Source: a virus
IMG/VR virus record: IMGVR_UViG_3300036801_000174
Span: 9,383-73,382 of that record
Strand: one strand, 5' to 3'
DNA: 64,000 nucleotides
Positions 9,362 to 18,749 of the stretch are shown in pieces. A program made the translations under genes and the position numbers. The stretch's first letter is position 1. Every line of letters begins with the position of its first letter. A model generated the notes under the pieces. The model was not told the DNA's origin, did not search any database, and saw nothing but the letters and a program-made list of their open reading frames with translations.

Positions 9362-10159
9362 TCAGGCGGCGCGGCGGTTCTTCCGCAGCGCGAGGTTCCG
9401 TGAGCGCGTCACGGCTTCAAGGTGAACCGGGTTCACGCAGTGCCGGACATGGCAGGTGTGATGCACGTCGTGCTTGTCGGGGATCGGCCCGTTGGCCAGT
9501 TCGTATGAGAAGCGGTGCGCGTCAACAGGCTCACCGTGGCGGCGAAAGAACTGGCCGTACCTGGTCTTCTGGTTGAGGCTCGCGGTCCACAGCCAGCATG
9601 ATTCGGTCTTCTCGACCTTGGCCCAGAACCGGTCTTCCGCCGTCAGCGACCTCGGTCGGACGACGTCCGGATCCTTGAGCCACTTCCGGTAGCAGGGTCG
9701 GCAGAGATCCCGCTTGTAGACCGGCTTGTCCGTCCGGCCGCACTCAGTGCAGACGGTCGGCTTCTCCGCCCTGGGCTTCGCCGGAATGACATCCGGAACG
9801 TAGCCCCAGGAGTCGCCGCCCCGGCCCCTGGCAAGGTTCATGCGGCGCGTCACGGGCTCCAGGTGCGCCGGGTTGCAGCAACGGCGGTGGGCGCACCTGT
9901 CCGTAACATCGCAGTCCGGCTCGCGCGTGTGGCACAGATGGTCGAGCACCAGGCGGCCGGGGATCTCGCCAACCAGGAACTGGTACGCGAGGCGGTGCGG
10001 CAGGCGCGTGCCGTTCGGCATGCCGAACTGGCCGTAGCCGTTCGGCGCGATGTAGCCGGTCCAGGGCCAGCACTCGCCCGGCCCGCGCTTGTCTACCTTG
10101 GTCCAGAACAGGCGCTCGCGTGACATCGCGGACGCCCGGGCAGGCGTAATCTCGGTCAT
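9362..10159 (-). CDS. Tandem HNH (His-Me finger) homing endonuclease
   Basis: Two RFW.KV.K..CW.W..YGQF..HR..Y..H.C..C.NP.HLE.VT..N domains. Confidence 0.85.
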   Translation of the reverse strand: MTEITPARASAMSRERLFWTKVDKRGPGECWPWTGYIAPNGYGQFGMPNGTRLPHRLAYQFLVGEIPGRLVLDHLCHTREPDCDVTDRCAHRRCCNPAHLEPVTRRMNLARGRGGDSWGYVPDVIPAKPRAEKPTVCTECGRTDKPVYKRDLCRPCYRKWLKDPDVVRPRSLTAEDRFWAKVEKTESCWLWTASLNQKTRYGQFFRRHGEPVDAHRFSYELANGPIPDKHDVHHTCHVRHCVNPVHLEAVTRSRNLALRKNRRAA

Positions 10160-10191
10160 GTCTGCTCCCGGTAGAAGCGGGCTGGCAGGCA

Positions 10192-10223
10192 GACCCGGCC
10201 GGTGCACCACCACCGGCCGGGTC
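10192..10223. promoter_or_regulatory. Perfect 13-bp stem hairpin in HNH leader
   Basis: GACCCGGCCGGTG-caccac-CACCGGCCGGGTC. Confidence 0.55.
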
Positions 10224-10290
10224 ACGCCATTCTTGCCACGATCCTACCATGACAGACGGTCGTACTCAGCGCGTTTGCGCAGGTCAGGGC

Positions 10291-11787
10291 CTATGCTACG
10301 TTCTGCAGCATGCCCATAGCCACAGGAGCCCGGCAAACCAGGGCACCTACGGACCTTATCTCAAATTCACGACGCGGACCTCCGCCAGCCGTGTTCGCCA
10401 CGCGCGAGATGCCATAGTCGAACTGCGCGGTGTCCCGCAGGTTGCGGTACTCCAGCACCGAGGAGATGTTGGCCTGCGGGAACGGCACCCGGTCAGTCCG
10501 GGCGATGATCGTGCCCGGGGGCAGCGACACGTGGACCTCGATCGGCACCGTCACGCCGCCAGCGGGGGCGTTGACGATCTCCCCGACCCGCCCGCCCGCG
10601 GTCACGCTGATGCGGCCCGTGGAGTCGGTGTTCAGGAACGTGGTAGCCGAGTTCGTGCCCAGGATCAGGTTGGCGATCTCCTGCGCCTGCGCGGCGTTGA
10701 CCATGATCGCGGTCGGCGAGCACTTGACCTGGTTCCACAGCGGCAGGAACAGCTTGGCCTCGATCTCCGTCACGGTGCCACCGGTGAGGGTCAGCGCGGC
10801 GCCGTCGAGGGAGGCGTTGATGGACGGGTTGGTGGTCCCGGTCCCGGACTGCACCCACTGGCCGGTGCCGTTGTAGTCGCCGGTCAGGTTGGCCACGAAG
10901 CCGTCGTAGTCGTTGGCGTTCGCCGAGCCGTTGTCCGCGCTGGTGTTGATGGTCGGGACCGAGTTCGCGGTGCCCTTCCAGCTGGTGGACATGTCCGGGC
11001 ACTGCGTCGCCGGCGGCAGCGTGTTGTTGCTGGAGATCGTGGAGGTGATCGTGGCGGTGTTGGTGGTCGTGGTCGTGTAGTAGTACCACGTGGAGGCGTC
11101 CGCCGAGTAGAACCAGTCGTAGGCCACGGCGCCCCGCACGGAGGCTACGGTGGCGGTGACCGAGTTCGTGGACCCGGACCCGAATGTGGACACCAGGCTG
11201 GAGGTGCCCTGGCTGTTGCCCGAGCCGTAGTAGTAGCCCGAGCCGGTCCGCGCGGCCACGCCCACGTACAGGCTGACAGCGCCGATGGAGCCGCCCGTGG
11301 TGTGCTGGGCCAGCGTCGGCGCGGCAGGGTGGGCCAGCGCGAACGACTGGGCGCCGAGGAGCTTGCGGTCGTCGGCGATCAGTACCTGGTTCAGGACGTT
11401 GAACGTCGTTATGGCATAGGGGTCCCCGTACCCCTTCGCCAGGTCGAAGGCGTCCTGCGTGACCAGGCCGGCGAGGCCGGTGGGCTTGTACCGGGCCTGG
11501 AAGTCCTGCTCGAGGAACACGGTCTCGTTGGCGGCGTAGTCGAAGCCCATCGACGGGTCCGGCTGCGAGTTGGTCAGGTTCATGATCGCGCGCCATACCG
11601 CGAACGGGTTCCCGTCAGGGCTGGCCTTGCGGGAGACGATGTCCCGGAACGGGGTCACCACCGGGATCAGGGTGACGAGACCGGACAGGTCGTAGCTGTA
11701 GATGCCGGTGGACTCGAGGATGCCCGTGGTCTGCGCCTTGTGGATGGCCGACAGGGTTTCCTCGGTCACGTTTTCAAGACCGCTCAT
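10291..11787 (-). CDS. Major capsid protein
   Basis: 498 aa after scaffold/protease; YDLSGLVTLIPVVTPFRD..., IEVHVSLPPGTII motifs. Confidence 0.8.
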   Translation of the reverse strand: MSGLENVTEETLSAIHKAQTTGILESTGIYSYDLSGLVTLIPVVTPFRDIVSRKASPDGNPFAVWRAIMNLTNSQPDPSMGFDYAANETVFLEQDFQARYKPTGLAGLVTQDAFDLAKGYGDPYAITTFNVLNQVLIADDRKLLGAQSFALAHPAAPTLAQHTTGGSIGAVSLYVGVAARTGSGYYYGSGNSQGTSSLVSTFGSGSTNSVTATVASVRGAVAYDWFYSADASTWYYYTTTTTNTATITSTISSNNTLPPATQCPDMSTSWKGTANSVPTINTSADNGSANANDYDGFVANLTGDYNGTGQWVQSGTGTTNPSINASLDGAALTLTGGTVTEIEAKLFLPLWNQVKCSPTAIMVNAAQAQEIANLILGTNSATTFLNTDSTGRISVTAGGRVGEIVNAPAGGVTVPIEVHVSLPPGTIIARTDRVPFPQANISSVLEYRNLRDTAQFDYGISRVANTAGGGPRREFEIRSVGALVCRAPVAMGMLQNVA

Positions 11788-11870
11788 GTGCTGCTGCCCC
11801 TTTCTGCGGGCATGCGGAACAGGCCCCGGCGCTGAGCGCGGGACCTGGAAGTGTCAGGTGAGAAGCGGGG

Positions 11871-13859
11871 TTACCTGCGGCCGGCGTGGATCGCCGAGAG
11901 GGCGTCGATGGCCATGGTCTGCATCTCCCTGGCCACCTCGTTCTGCTCGGGCGCGGTGCCCCGGTAGAGCGTGTTCTTCATCTCGCGGGCCTTGGCCACG
12001 TCCACGGGCTGACTGCCTGCGGGCGTGCGGTCCTGGCCGCGGAGCGTCCCCGGCGGGGGAACTGCCCCGTTGGTGAACACCTTCGGCGCGGCGGGCTGCT
12101 CGCCGATCCTCGCGACCTCGGCCTTCAGCGTCTCGACCTGATCGCTGAGCCCGCTGACGTCCGCCGCCTTGGCGATGTCCTCCGGGGCCCGTGCGTCGAG
12201 CGCTGCTGCGACCGCGTCCACGATGAGGCCCTTCAGCACCTCGTGCGCGTCGGTGGTGTCGTTCGTGGTGGCGGGCTCTTCTGCCTTCGCCACGTCGTCT
12301 GTGTCATCGCCCTTGGCCACGTCCGCGTCAGCGGCAGGCTCAGGCTCGCCCTTGGCGACGCCGTCAGCGGGAGTGCCCGCGTCAGCGGCCGGGGCCGGGG
12401 TCATGTCGGTGGGGTCGGGAGCCGGGGCGTCCATGCTGTCCTCCGGGCTGTCATCATCGGGCTCGGCGCCGCCCTGAACGGGTGTGACCTGGTCCGGGGG
12501 CACGACACCGATGAGCTTGCCGTTGCAGTCGTAGACGGCGCACAGGGCGTCCTGCCCGTCCTTGGCTACCACGGCGGGCTCAGCGGGCGCCTCAGGCGTC
12601 ACCGCGTCTTCTTTGGCCACCGCGTCAGCCGGGGCCTCCGCGGCCTCCGGGGCAGTCTCAGCGGCGTCCTTGGCGACGGCCTCCGGCACGCCAGCGGTCT
12701 CGGTCTGGTCAGCGGCCACAGCCGTCTCCTTCTGCTTGGCAACGTTGTCATCAGCCATGGGCGCCGATGGGAGAGATTGGAGCACCTTGTTCAGCGACTC
12801 GCCGGCAGTGCGGATCAGCTTCTCGTTCGCCGACGACAGCACCCGCCCGGCCTTCGCCACCTGGGCGAGTGCCTCGATCACGTCCAGCGGCGCGGGGTCG
12901 AACCCGGCCATCGCCTTGCCGATCATCGCCATCGCGTCCGCGCCGCAGTCCGCCTCCGACTGCTCAGCCACAGCGAACGGGGCCAGCACACCGATGGCGT
13001 AGTCGATGGCGATGCACGCGTCGTTCAGATTCCACGCGTTCTCCGCGTCGCCGGGGTCCGCGACGGCGGCCTCGATGAGTTCCCGGTCGGACAGCACGCC
13101 CAGCGCGACCTGGGCGCGGGACAGGATGCTGCACCACTTCTGTGCCGTGGCCGCGTCTATGGCCTCCCACGCGGGGGAACCCGGGTCGGCGGGGTCGCCG
13201 GGGGCGTCACCATCGGGAGCGGCGAGAGGAACAGTGGGGTCCAGGCCGTCGATGCCGGCGTCGAGCTCGGTGCCGTCAGCCTTGCTCACCGTCTCCTTGA
13301 GGCTGCCGTCGCTGGCCCAGTTGTCCGGGATCATGGACGACGCGCCGAGGGCCTTCGCTCTGCGGATGACGTACGCACGGATGCGGTCATGGTCGGTGCC
13401 TCCGCGCCCTACGGCGCTGATCGCCTTGGACAGGTCGTCCTTGTCGCCGATCGGGTACGACGGGTCGCCGTTGTCGTTCTTGATGGCCGTGCCGGCGGCC
13501 AGCATCTTGCGCTTGTCCTCGGCGCTGTACTTGGCCTTGATCACGGCCTCGTACTCAGCGAGCGCCTTGGCGACCTCATCCAGTTCAGGCGCCGGGGGCT
13601 TCTGCGCAGCGTCGTGGATCAGCTTGGCGATGGCCGCCGGGCTACCCGTCATGGTCACCTTCTCTTCGGTGCGCTCCGGCTCTGCCTTGGCGATCAGGTC
13701 CCGCACGAACTCGGGCTCCAGGAGGCCAGCGGACTCCCCGTCCTGCTTGGCGATGAGGAAGCGCGGGATGCCGTTGGCGCCCTTGCCGACCAGGTCAATA
13801 CGGTTGAAATCGGCATCAACCAACTCGGTCAGTTCGTCCTCGTCGGCGGTTGTGGTCAC
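11871..13859 (-). CDS. Capsid scaffold/maturation protein (XkdF C-part plus DUF6582-like domain)
   Basis: RIDLVGKGANG..FLIAK N-terminus; SYPIGDKDDLSKAISAVGR..IRRAKALG..IPDNW; acidic VAK repeats. Confidence 0.7.
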   Translation of the reverse strand: MTTTADEDELTELVDADFNRIDLVGKGANGIPRFLIAKQDGESAGLLEPEFVRDLIAKAEPERTEEKVTMTGSPAAIAKLIHDAAQKPPAPELDEVAKALAEYEAVIKAKYSAEDKRKMLAAGTAIKNDNGDPSYPIGDKDDLSKAISAVGRGGTDHDRIRAYVIRRAKALGASSMIPDNWASDGSLKETVSKADGTELDAGIDGLDPTVPLAAPDGDAPGDPADPGSPAWEAIDAATAQKWCSILSRAQVALGVLSDRELIEAAVADPGDAENAWNLNDACIAIDYAIGVLAPFAVAEQSEADCGADAMAMIGKAMAGFDPAPLDVIEALAQVAKAGRVLSSANEKLIRTAGESLNKVLQSLPSAPMADDNVAKQKETAVAADQTETAGVPEAVAKDAAETAPEAAEAPADAVAKEDAVTPEAPAEPAVVAKDGQDALCAVYDCNGKLIGVVPPDQVTPVQGGAEPDDDSPEDSMDAPAPDPTDMTPAPAADAGTPADGVAKGEPEPAADADVAKGDDTDDVAKAEEPATTNDTTDAHEVLKGLIVDAVAAALDARAPEDIAKAADVSGLSDQVETLKAEVARIGEQPAAPKVFTNGAVPPPGTLRGQDRTPAGSQPVDVAKAREMKNTLYRGTAPEQNEVAREMQTMAIDALSAIHAGRR

Positions 13860-13936
13860 GGCTCACCTCGGTTCGGGCGTGGGACGATGACGGGATGAGC
13901 AGTGAGGAGCCGGAGAGGCACACCGGGCTGCCGGTG

Positions 13937-14041
13937 CTAGTCGTCGTCCCCGCAGTCGGGACAAGCGCAGTCATTGCCGTCGCACCGGTCGCATCTGCCC
14001 TTGCGGCATGGCGGGCAGATGAGATCCCAGGTGACGCTCAC
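13937..14041 (-). CDS. Cys-rich micro-protein (34 aa)
   Basis: GTGA overlap with upstream stop; MSVTWDLICPPCRKGRCDRCDGNDCACPDCGDDD. Confidence 0.4.
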   Translation of the reverse strand: MSVTWDLICPPCRKGRCDRCDGNDCACPDCGDDD

Positions 14042-14658
14042 GGCCCGGTCCTGGCGCGTCGGCGGCGCGCTACGCCCTGCGGCGAGAAGCCGCCGATCTT
14101 GCCGGCCTTGTAGAGATCCCATGCCCTGGGCGTCAAAACCGCACCCACCAGCCAGTCACCCTTGCGGACGACGATCCCGTCACCGAGATCCCACGGCTGC
14201 TCGTTGCGGTAGATGTAGCTCTCCACGATCTGCGCCGCTCCGCCGTCCGCGTCGGTCCCGTCTATGTGGAACAGCCCGGAACGCGGGCCATTGAACATCA
14301 GGCTCCAGGCCGCTTTCTCCAGCTCAATTTCGCTGAAAAAATCACGTCCGCCGTCGAGGCCCTTGGCGATGCGGGGATCGGGGCCGGCCTGGTAGGCAAC
14401 GCCGAGGACGTAGCGCTGCTCCTCGCCGTCACCCTTAGCGATGCCGTCGCTGTCCGCCAGCACGACCTGGGGGACGGTGGCGGCCAGGAGGCTGGCGCTG
14501 ACCGTGGCCGCTACCATCTCAGGGCTCGTGCCATTGGCGTTCGCCGCCGCAGCGAGGTCGCTGAGAACGATCTGGCGCGGGTCGCCGTGGTCATCATCAG
14601 GAACACCGGACGGAGGGTCGGTCAATACGCATCCGCATGAGCAGCAGATGGCCGCCAC
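14038..14658 (-). CDS. XkdF-like prohead serine protease
   Basis: QRYVLGVAYQ..DFFSEIELEKAAW..H..IVESYI..GDWLVG..GGFSPQG. Confidence 0.8.
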   Translation of the reverse strand: MAAICCSCGCVLTDPPSGVPDDDHGDPRQIVLSDLAAAANANGTSPEMVAATVSASLLAATVPQVVLADSDGIAKGDGEEQRYVLGVAYQAGPDPRIAKGLDGGRDFFSEIELEKAAWSLMFNGPRSGLFHIDGTDADGGAAQIVESYIYRNEQPWDLGDGIVVRKGDWLVGAVLTPRAWDLYKAGKIGGFSPQGVARRRRARTGP

Positions 14659-14678
14659 CCCCTGCCAGACTGGAGCGC

Positions 14679-15227
14679 ATGAGCGATGACCTGGTGACAT
14701 GGCTGCGGGAGCAGATCACGGCCGACCTGGAAGCGGCGAGGATCGTCGGCGCGGGAGGCTTTGAGCCGGAGCGATGGGATACCGACCCGCCGGGACAGGT
14801 GAACCCGGCACCCGCCCCCTACGGAGACCAGATCAACGCCGTGCTTGTGCCAGATCCCGAGGACCGGCGTGATCGCGAAAGCCTGCCCGGCTGGGTGGAG
14901 GTCGTCAGCTATAACCGGATGCTCGGCAAACCACCTGAGGCCGACTGCCGGGACGATGACCTGCCGGTCGCGCTTGTCGACTATGGGCGGCGCGAGGTGG
15001 ATCACATCTGCCGTCACGACCCGCGCAACGTGGTCGCCCGCTGCGAGGCGGAACTGGCCATCCTGGATGAGTGCGACCTGCTGCTGAAGGTCGGCATCGC
15101 CTTCCCGGATGAGGCAGGCGTCGAGTCAGCGGAGCGGATCATGCGCCTGATCGGCGCGGCCTACCGTCACCGTGACGGCTACCTGGAGGAGTGGGCACCC
15201 GCCGCTGCCCTCCAGGGCAGCGGCTAG
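14679..15227 (+). CDS. DUF6221-family protein (second copy, counter-oriented)
   Basis: LVTWLREQI...HICRHDPRNVVARCEAELAILD...YRHRDGYLEEW. Confidence 0.8.
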   Translation: MSDDLVTWLREQITADLEAARIVGAGGFEPERWDTDPPGQVNPAPAPYGDQINAVLVPDPEDRRDRESLPGWVEVVSYNRMLGKPPEADCRDDDLPVALVDYGRREVDHICRHDPRNVVARCEAELAILDECDLLLKVGIAFPDEAGVESAERIMRLIGAAYRHRDGYLEEWAPAAALQGSG

Positions 15228-18200
15228 CCCGGGATCAGGCTGCAGTTGCACCGGGGATGAGCCGGCGGCATGGTGTCGCCGCTTGAGAACGGCTGCCCGA
15301 GCGGGACGCGCCCCTCCGCCTCATTGTCCAGGCAGACCGGGCAGACGATCCCCGCCGCCGGGTCGGTGAGCCAGAGGCTGTACTCCACGCCGTTCTCCGG
15401 GTACGTGTCCATGGCAGCCTGCGCCGACGCCCCGGTGACCTGATCCATGGCCGCGCCTTCAGCCACGTCCGGGGCTGCCACGGCTCCGGCCAGCTGGTCT
15501 CCGAGGTCCCGCATGCTGGTGCCGCCGGTCACGCCACCCAGGACCCGGCTGAGCACCGCCGTGAACGCGCCCGTGATGGCTGTGACCGCGGCAGCCACAG
15601 CACCAGCCAGGAACGCGCTGAGCGCCGCGTCAAGGCCGAGAGAGGCAACCTGCCGCACGGCACCCTGGGTGTCCCCGGGCGGGGCGGCCTGCACGACCCT
15701 GTCATGGCCGTTCACCAGTGCCGTGGCGGAAACCGCGCCGATGAGATAGCCGCCGGTCACGATGCCCTCAGCGACCGCAGCCAGCGGCAGCGTGATGCCC
15801 GAGGCGGCCAGCCACTCCGCCAGCCATGCGGCTGCGGCACCGTTGCGGTCCCGCTTGCCCGGTGCGTCTCCTTGCTGTGCCGGGTTGGCTGCCAGGTAGG
15901 ACATGGCCATCCGGTCCAGCACGGCGGGAGTCAGTGCCCGGGAGACGGCAGCGGTGACCTGGGGTGCCCAGTAGGCGACTGCCGGGCCGTCATGTTCCCA
16001 GCCCGGCCAGACTTTTGGGGGGCTCGCAGCTTTGGTGACCTCGGCGGCGCCGAGAGGGAAGCGGCCGACATCATTGCCGCAGTGCACTGACAGGTGAGTG
16101 AACGTCACCGGGGTCTCAGGCACGGCGGCGGGGAGCGGGTCACCGGGCTCCGTGTAGGCCAGGGTGACATGCGGGTGCCAGTCAGCATGCTCGCTGGCGG
16201 ACAGGTCCGCCAGCGACTCCCGGAGCTGCTCAGCACCAGGGAGCACGACCCCGGCCCATGCGGGAGTCTTCCCGTCGCTGCTGTCCGATGGCGGGAACGT
16301 GCCGATGCCGCCCACGGTCCCGGTCAAGGGCCCGGGCATTGCTGCCGCTGCGGTGCCCGCGCGTTCGCACGCTTGCATCAGTGCTACCTCGTCCACGTCC
16401 GGGCCGAGGTAGACGATGGTGATGTGGTGATCCGTGACGCCGCCCGGGACCGGATCAATCAGCCCTTCCGGCAGGTCCAGCGAGATCATGCCCGAGCGCG
16501 GGCCCAGGTCATAGCCGCTGGTGTCCTTGCGGACTTTCACCCGGGCTGCGGCGTTCAGCTGTGCCGCCTCGGCAGCGTCCACGTGGCGGAACTCGAAGTC
16601 GCGCCACGTCCCGGCCTTGCGCCGTGCCTTCTCGAACCGGCGGAACGCGGCGAGTTCGGACTTCACCACTGCGGCCTGATCCTCCGGGCCGTCCTCGTCG
16701 TCGTCCTGCCCGATGAGGTCGTAGCTGGTGATGCCGGTGTCAGCGGTGATCCCCGTTGTGGGGGTGCCGCCTTCGCCTGCTTCCTTGGCGACCGTGCCCG
16801 GCTGCGGCGGCGGCGCGGGAGGCAGCGCCTTCGGCCCGTACTCCTGCTCAGCGAGGGGCTCGGCCACCAGCGGCGGGTTCGGCAGCACACCCTGAACACC
16901 CGTGAACGCCTCGTGCGGCAGCGGGGCATCCGGGTCCGGGGCGGCGGTCTGCGCGTCGACCGGCCCGGCAACCCCGTACAGCGCCGAGAGGGGGATGGGG
17001 CCGCCGCGTGTGGTGAAGAACACCCGCGGCACCGTCTGGCCCTCGGGCTCGGCCAGGCCGAACCGCATCTCCCGGATCTCAGACGCGCCGACGACGCCGT
17101 TCTGGATGTAGATCTGGTCGGACTGGGCGACGTTGAGCTGGTCGTCCTGTTCCTCGCCGCGGTCGAACTCGAACTCCAGCGGCAGGCCCAGGTCGTCGAT
17201 GATGAATGCGGACAGGATGCCCTCGATGTGCTCCATCAGGGGCAGGTCGCCGACGCGGTGCTGCACGTCGGCCTGCGACTCGCCGGAGGAGCGGTTGACA
17301 TCCTCGGTGAAGCCCAGGTCCGACGGGACCACGTGGAAACTTGCGCAGGTCTTCCGCATCAGGAAGAGGCTGAAGGTGTCGGTGAACTCTTTCTCGTTGC
17401 TCCACGTGAACTGGCTGCCGCCGGGCAGCCAGCGGATCTGGTGTTTGGCGGCCTGGTCGCCGTAGATCATGGAGTCCCAGTAGGCTTGGAAGGTCTCGAT
17501 CTGGTCGGGGTTCCACGACTCCGGGGCGCTGGCGAAGGCTTCCGGTATGTTTCCTTCCGTAAAGCGCTGCAAAAAGTAGATCTGGAAGCGTATGTCCGTA
17601 TTCGCATTGAGCATGATCGACTCAATAGGCGCGTGGCCGTAGGGCGAGTCGCTGTGCGGGCGGAAAGGCTCGTAGATCAGGTCATCCCTGGTCAGCCAGC
17701 CCCACGGCAGCCCGTTCGCGTACTGGACGTACGCCTCGGCGGGCGGCTCCGGCGAATCGCCCCAGTAATCCAGCAGCGGCGCGATCAGCGTCCCGTCAAC
17801 CGGCTTCAGCCCGATGCACTGCCCCGCGCGGTTGCGCATCCGGTACAGCGCCCCGGCGTCGTAGGCGAGAATGTCGTACGCGTACTTGGCGAACCAGGCC
17901 TTGAAACTCTGCTTGCGGTCAGGCTTCTTCAGCGCCTTCTGCGCAAGCGCAATCGCGCCGGTAACGTCCCCGGTGTAGCCCTGGGTAGCGATCAGCTTCC
18001 ACTTCAGGCTGCGGATCGAGTCAATCCTGTGCCAGATACATATGTCCGCAACGTCGTAGGCCCCTATAAGGCCCTTGAGCGCATCGAAACTGACCCGCTC
18101 ATGCGTCCTCGGGCGGGTCGCCACGTTGTACGACGTGGTGTAATCAAGGACGCGGGGAGTGCGGGAATACCCGTCATACGGCCCGACCGGCTCACCTGGG

Positions 18201-18349
18201 GAGAACGGGTGATCGGGGCCCATCTGCGAGACGCCGGCCGCCGCCTGGTGCATCGCTTCGGGACCGGGCCCGGCCAGTGTCTCCACGTCAGTGCCGAGGG
18301 CTTTGGCGGCGCGGGTCAGCGTCCCTGCGATGCGAGTGCGGACGCCCAT
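15224..18349 (-). CDS. Portal protein fused to 2H phosphoesterase and MuF-like domains
   Basis: N-terminal portal (SPYGHAPIE, FHVVPSDLGF, EIREMRFGL); middle HxT pair (HHITIVY, HVTLAY); C-terminal VCPVCLDN...PPAHPRCNC. Confidence 0.85.
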   Translation of the reverse strand: MGVRTRIAGTLTRAAKALGTDVETLAGPGPEAMHQAAAGVSQMGPDHPFSPGEPVGPYDGYSRTPRVLDYTTSYNVATRPRTHERVSFDALKGLIGAYDVADICIWHRIDSIRSLKWKLIATQGYTGDVTGAIALAQKALKKPDRKQSFKAWFAKYAYDILAYDAGALYRMRNRAGQCIGLKPVDGTLIAPLLDYWGDSPEPPAEAYVQYANGLPWGWLTRDDLIYEPFRPHSDSPYGHAPIESIMLNANTDIRFQIYFLQRFTEGNIPEAFASAPESWNPDQIETFQAYWDSMIYGDQAAKHQIRWLPGGSQFTWSNEKEFTDTFSLFLMRKTCASFHVVPSDLGFTEDVNRSSGESQADVQHRVGDLPLMEHIEGILSAFIIDDLGLPLEFEFDRGEEQDDQLNVAQSDQIYIQNGVVGASEIREMRFGLAEPEGQTVPRVFFTTRGGPIPLSALYGVAGPVDAQTAAPDPDAPLPHEAFTGVQGVLPNPPLVAEPLAEQEYGPKALPPAPPPQPGTVAKEAGEGGTPTTGITADTGITSYDLIGQDDDEDGPEDQAAVVKSELAAFRRFEKARRKAGTWRDFEFRHVDAAEAAQLNAAARVKVRKDTSGYDLGPRSGMISLDLPEGLIDPVPGGVTDHHITIVYLGPDVDEVALMQACERAGTAAAAMPGPLTGTVGGIGTFPPSDSSDGKTPAWAGVVLPGAEQLRESLADLSASEHADWHPHVTLAYTEPGDPLPAAVPETPVTFTHLSVHCGNDVGRFPLGAAEVTKAASPPKVWPGWEHDGPAVAYWAPQVTAAVSRALTPAVLDRMAMSYLAANPAQQGDAPGKRDRNGAAAAWLAEWLAASGITLPLAAVAEGIVTGGYLIGAVSATALVNGHDRVVQAAPPGDTQGAVRQVASLGLDAALSAFLAGAVAAAVTAITGAFTAVLSRVLGGVTGGTSMRDLGDQLAGAVAAPDVAEGAAMDQVTGASAQAAMDTYPENGVEYSLWLTDPAAGIVCPVCLDNEAEGRVPLGQPFSSGDTMPPAHPRCNCSLIPG

Positions 18350-18365
18350 TAAGCCGCCCCCTCCG

Positions 18366-18734
18366 CTACTGCTGCCGTTCTGCCAGCCACGCGGCGGGAT
18401 CCATGACGAGCGCCATCGTGACCGTGTCCGGCTCGAGGCCCGTCACGCGCTTCCAGTCCCGCAGGAAGGACACGATCTGCTCAAGGTGCGCATCGCCATC
18501 TTCCCCGGCGACGGGCCACGGGCCGTAGGTTTCCTGCCTGGCGGTGCTGCCCTCGGTCCACCAGAAGTGCAGCACGATCGCCTGCGGCCGGGGTGTCACG
18601 ACCGCGCCGGGCGGCAGCCAGCGGAGTTTGTCCTTGTCGGCCTGGTCCCAGGCTTCCCGGAACGCGGCGGTCTGCTCGGGCGTCCAGTCATCCGCCAGCT
18701 GCACGTACGCCGCAGGCTGTTCGTCGCTGGCCGT
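18366..18734 (-). CDS. Small protein with portal-like segment
   Basis: ORF-track start GTG 18704; better RBS spacing to ACG 18734; in frame with the TerL stop. Confidence 0.6.
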   Translation of the reverse strand, partial: TASDEQPAAYVQLADDWTPEQTAAFREAWDQADKDKLRWLPPGAVVTPRPQAIVLHFWWTEGSTARQETYGPWPVAGEDGDAHLEQIVSFLRDWKRVTGLEPDTVTMALVMDPAAWLAERQQ

Positions 18735-18749
18735 TTTGCACCGCTCCCT

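Noticed and set aside
13895-14113. Plus-strand ORF after a leaderless-type -10 box
   Set aside because: Overlaps the protease 3' end and the Cys-rich micro-ORF antisense; no protein-like features
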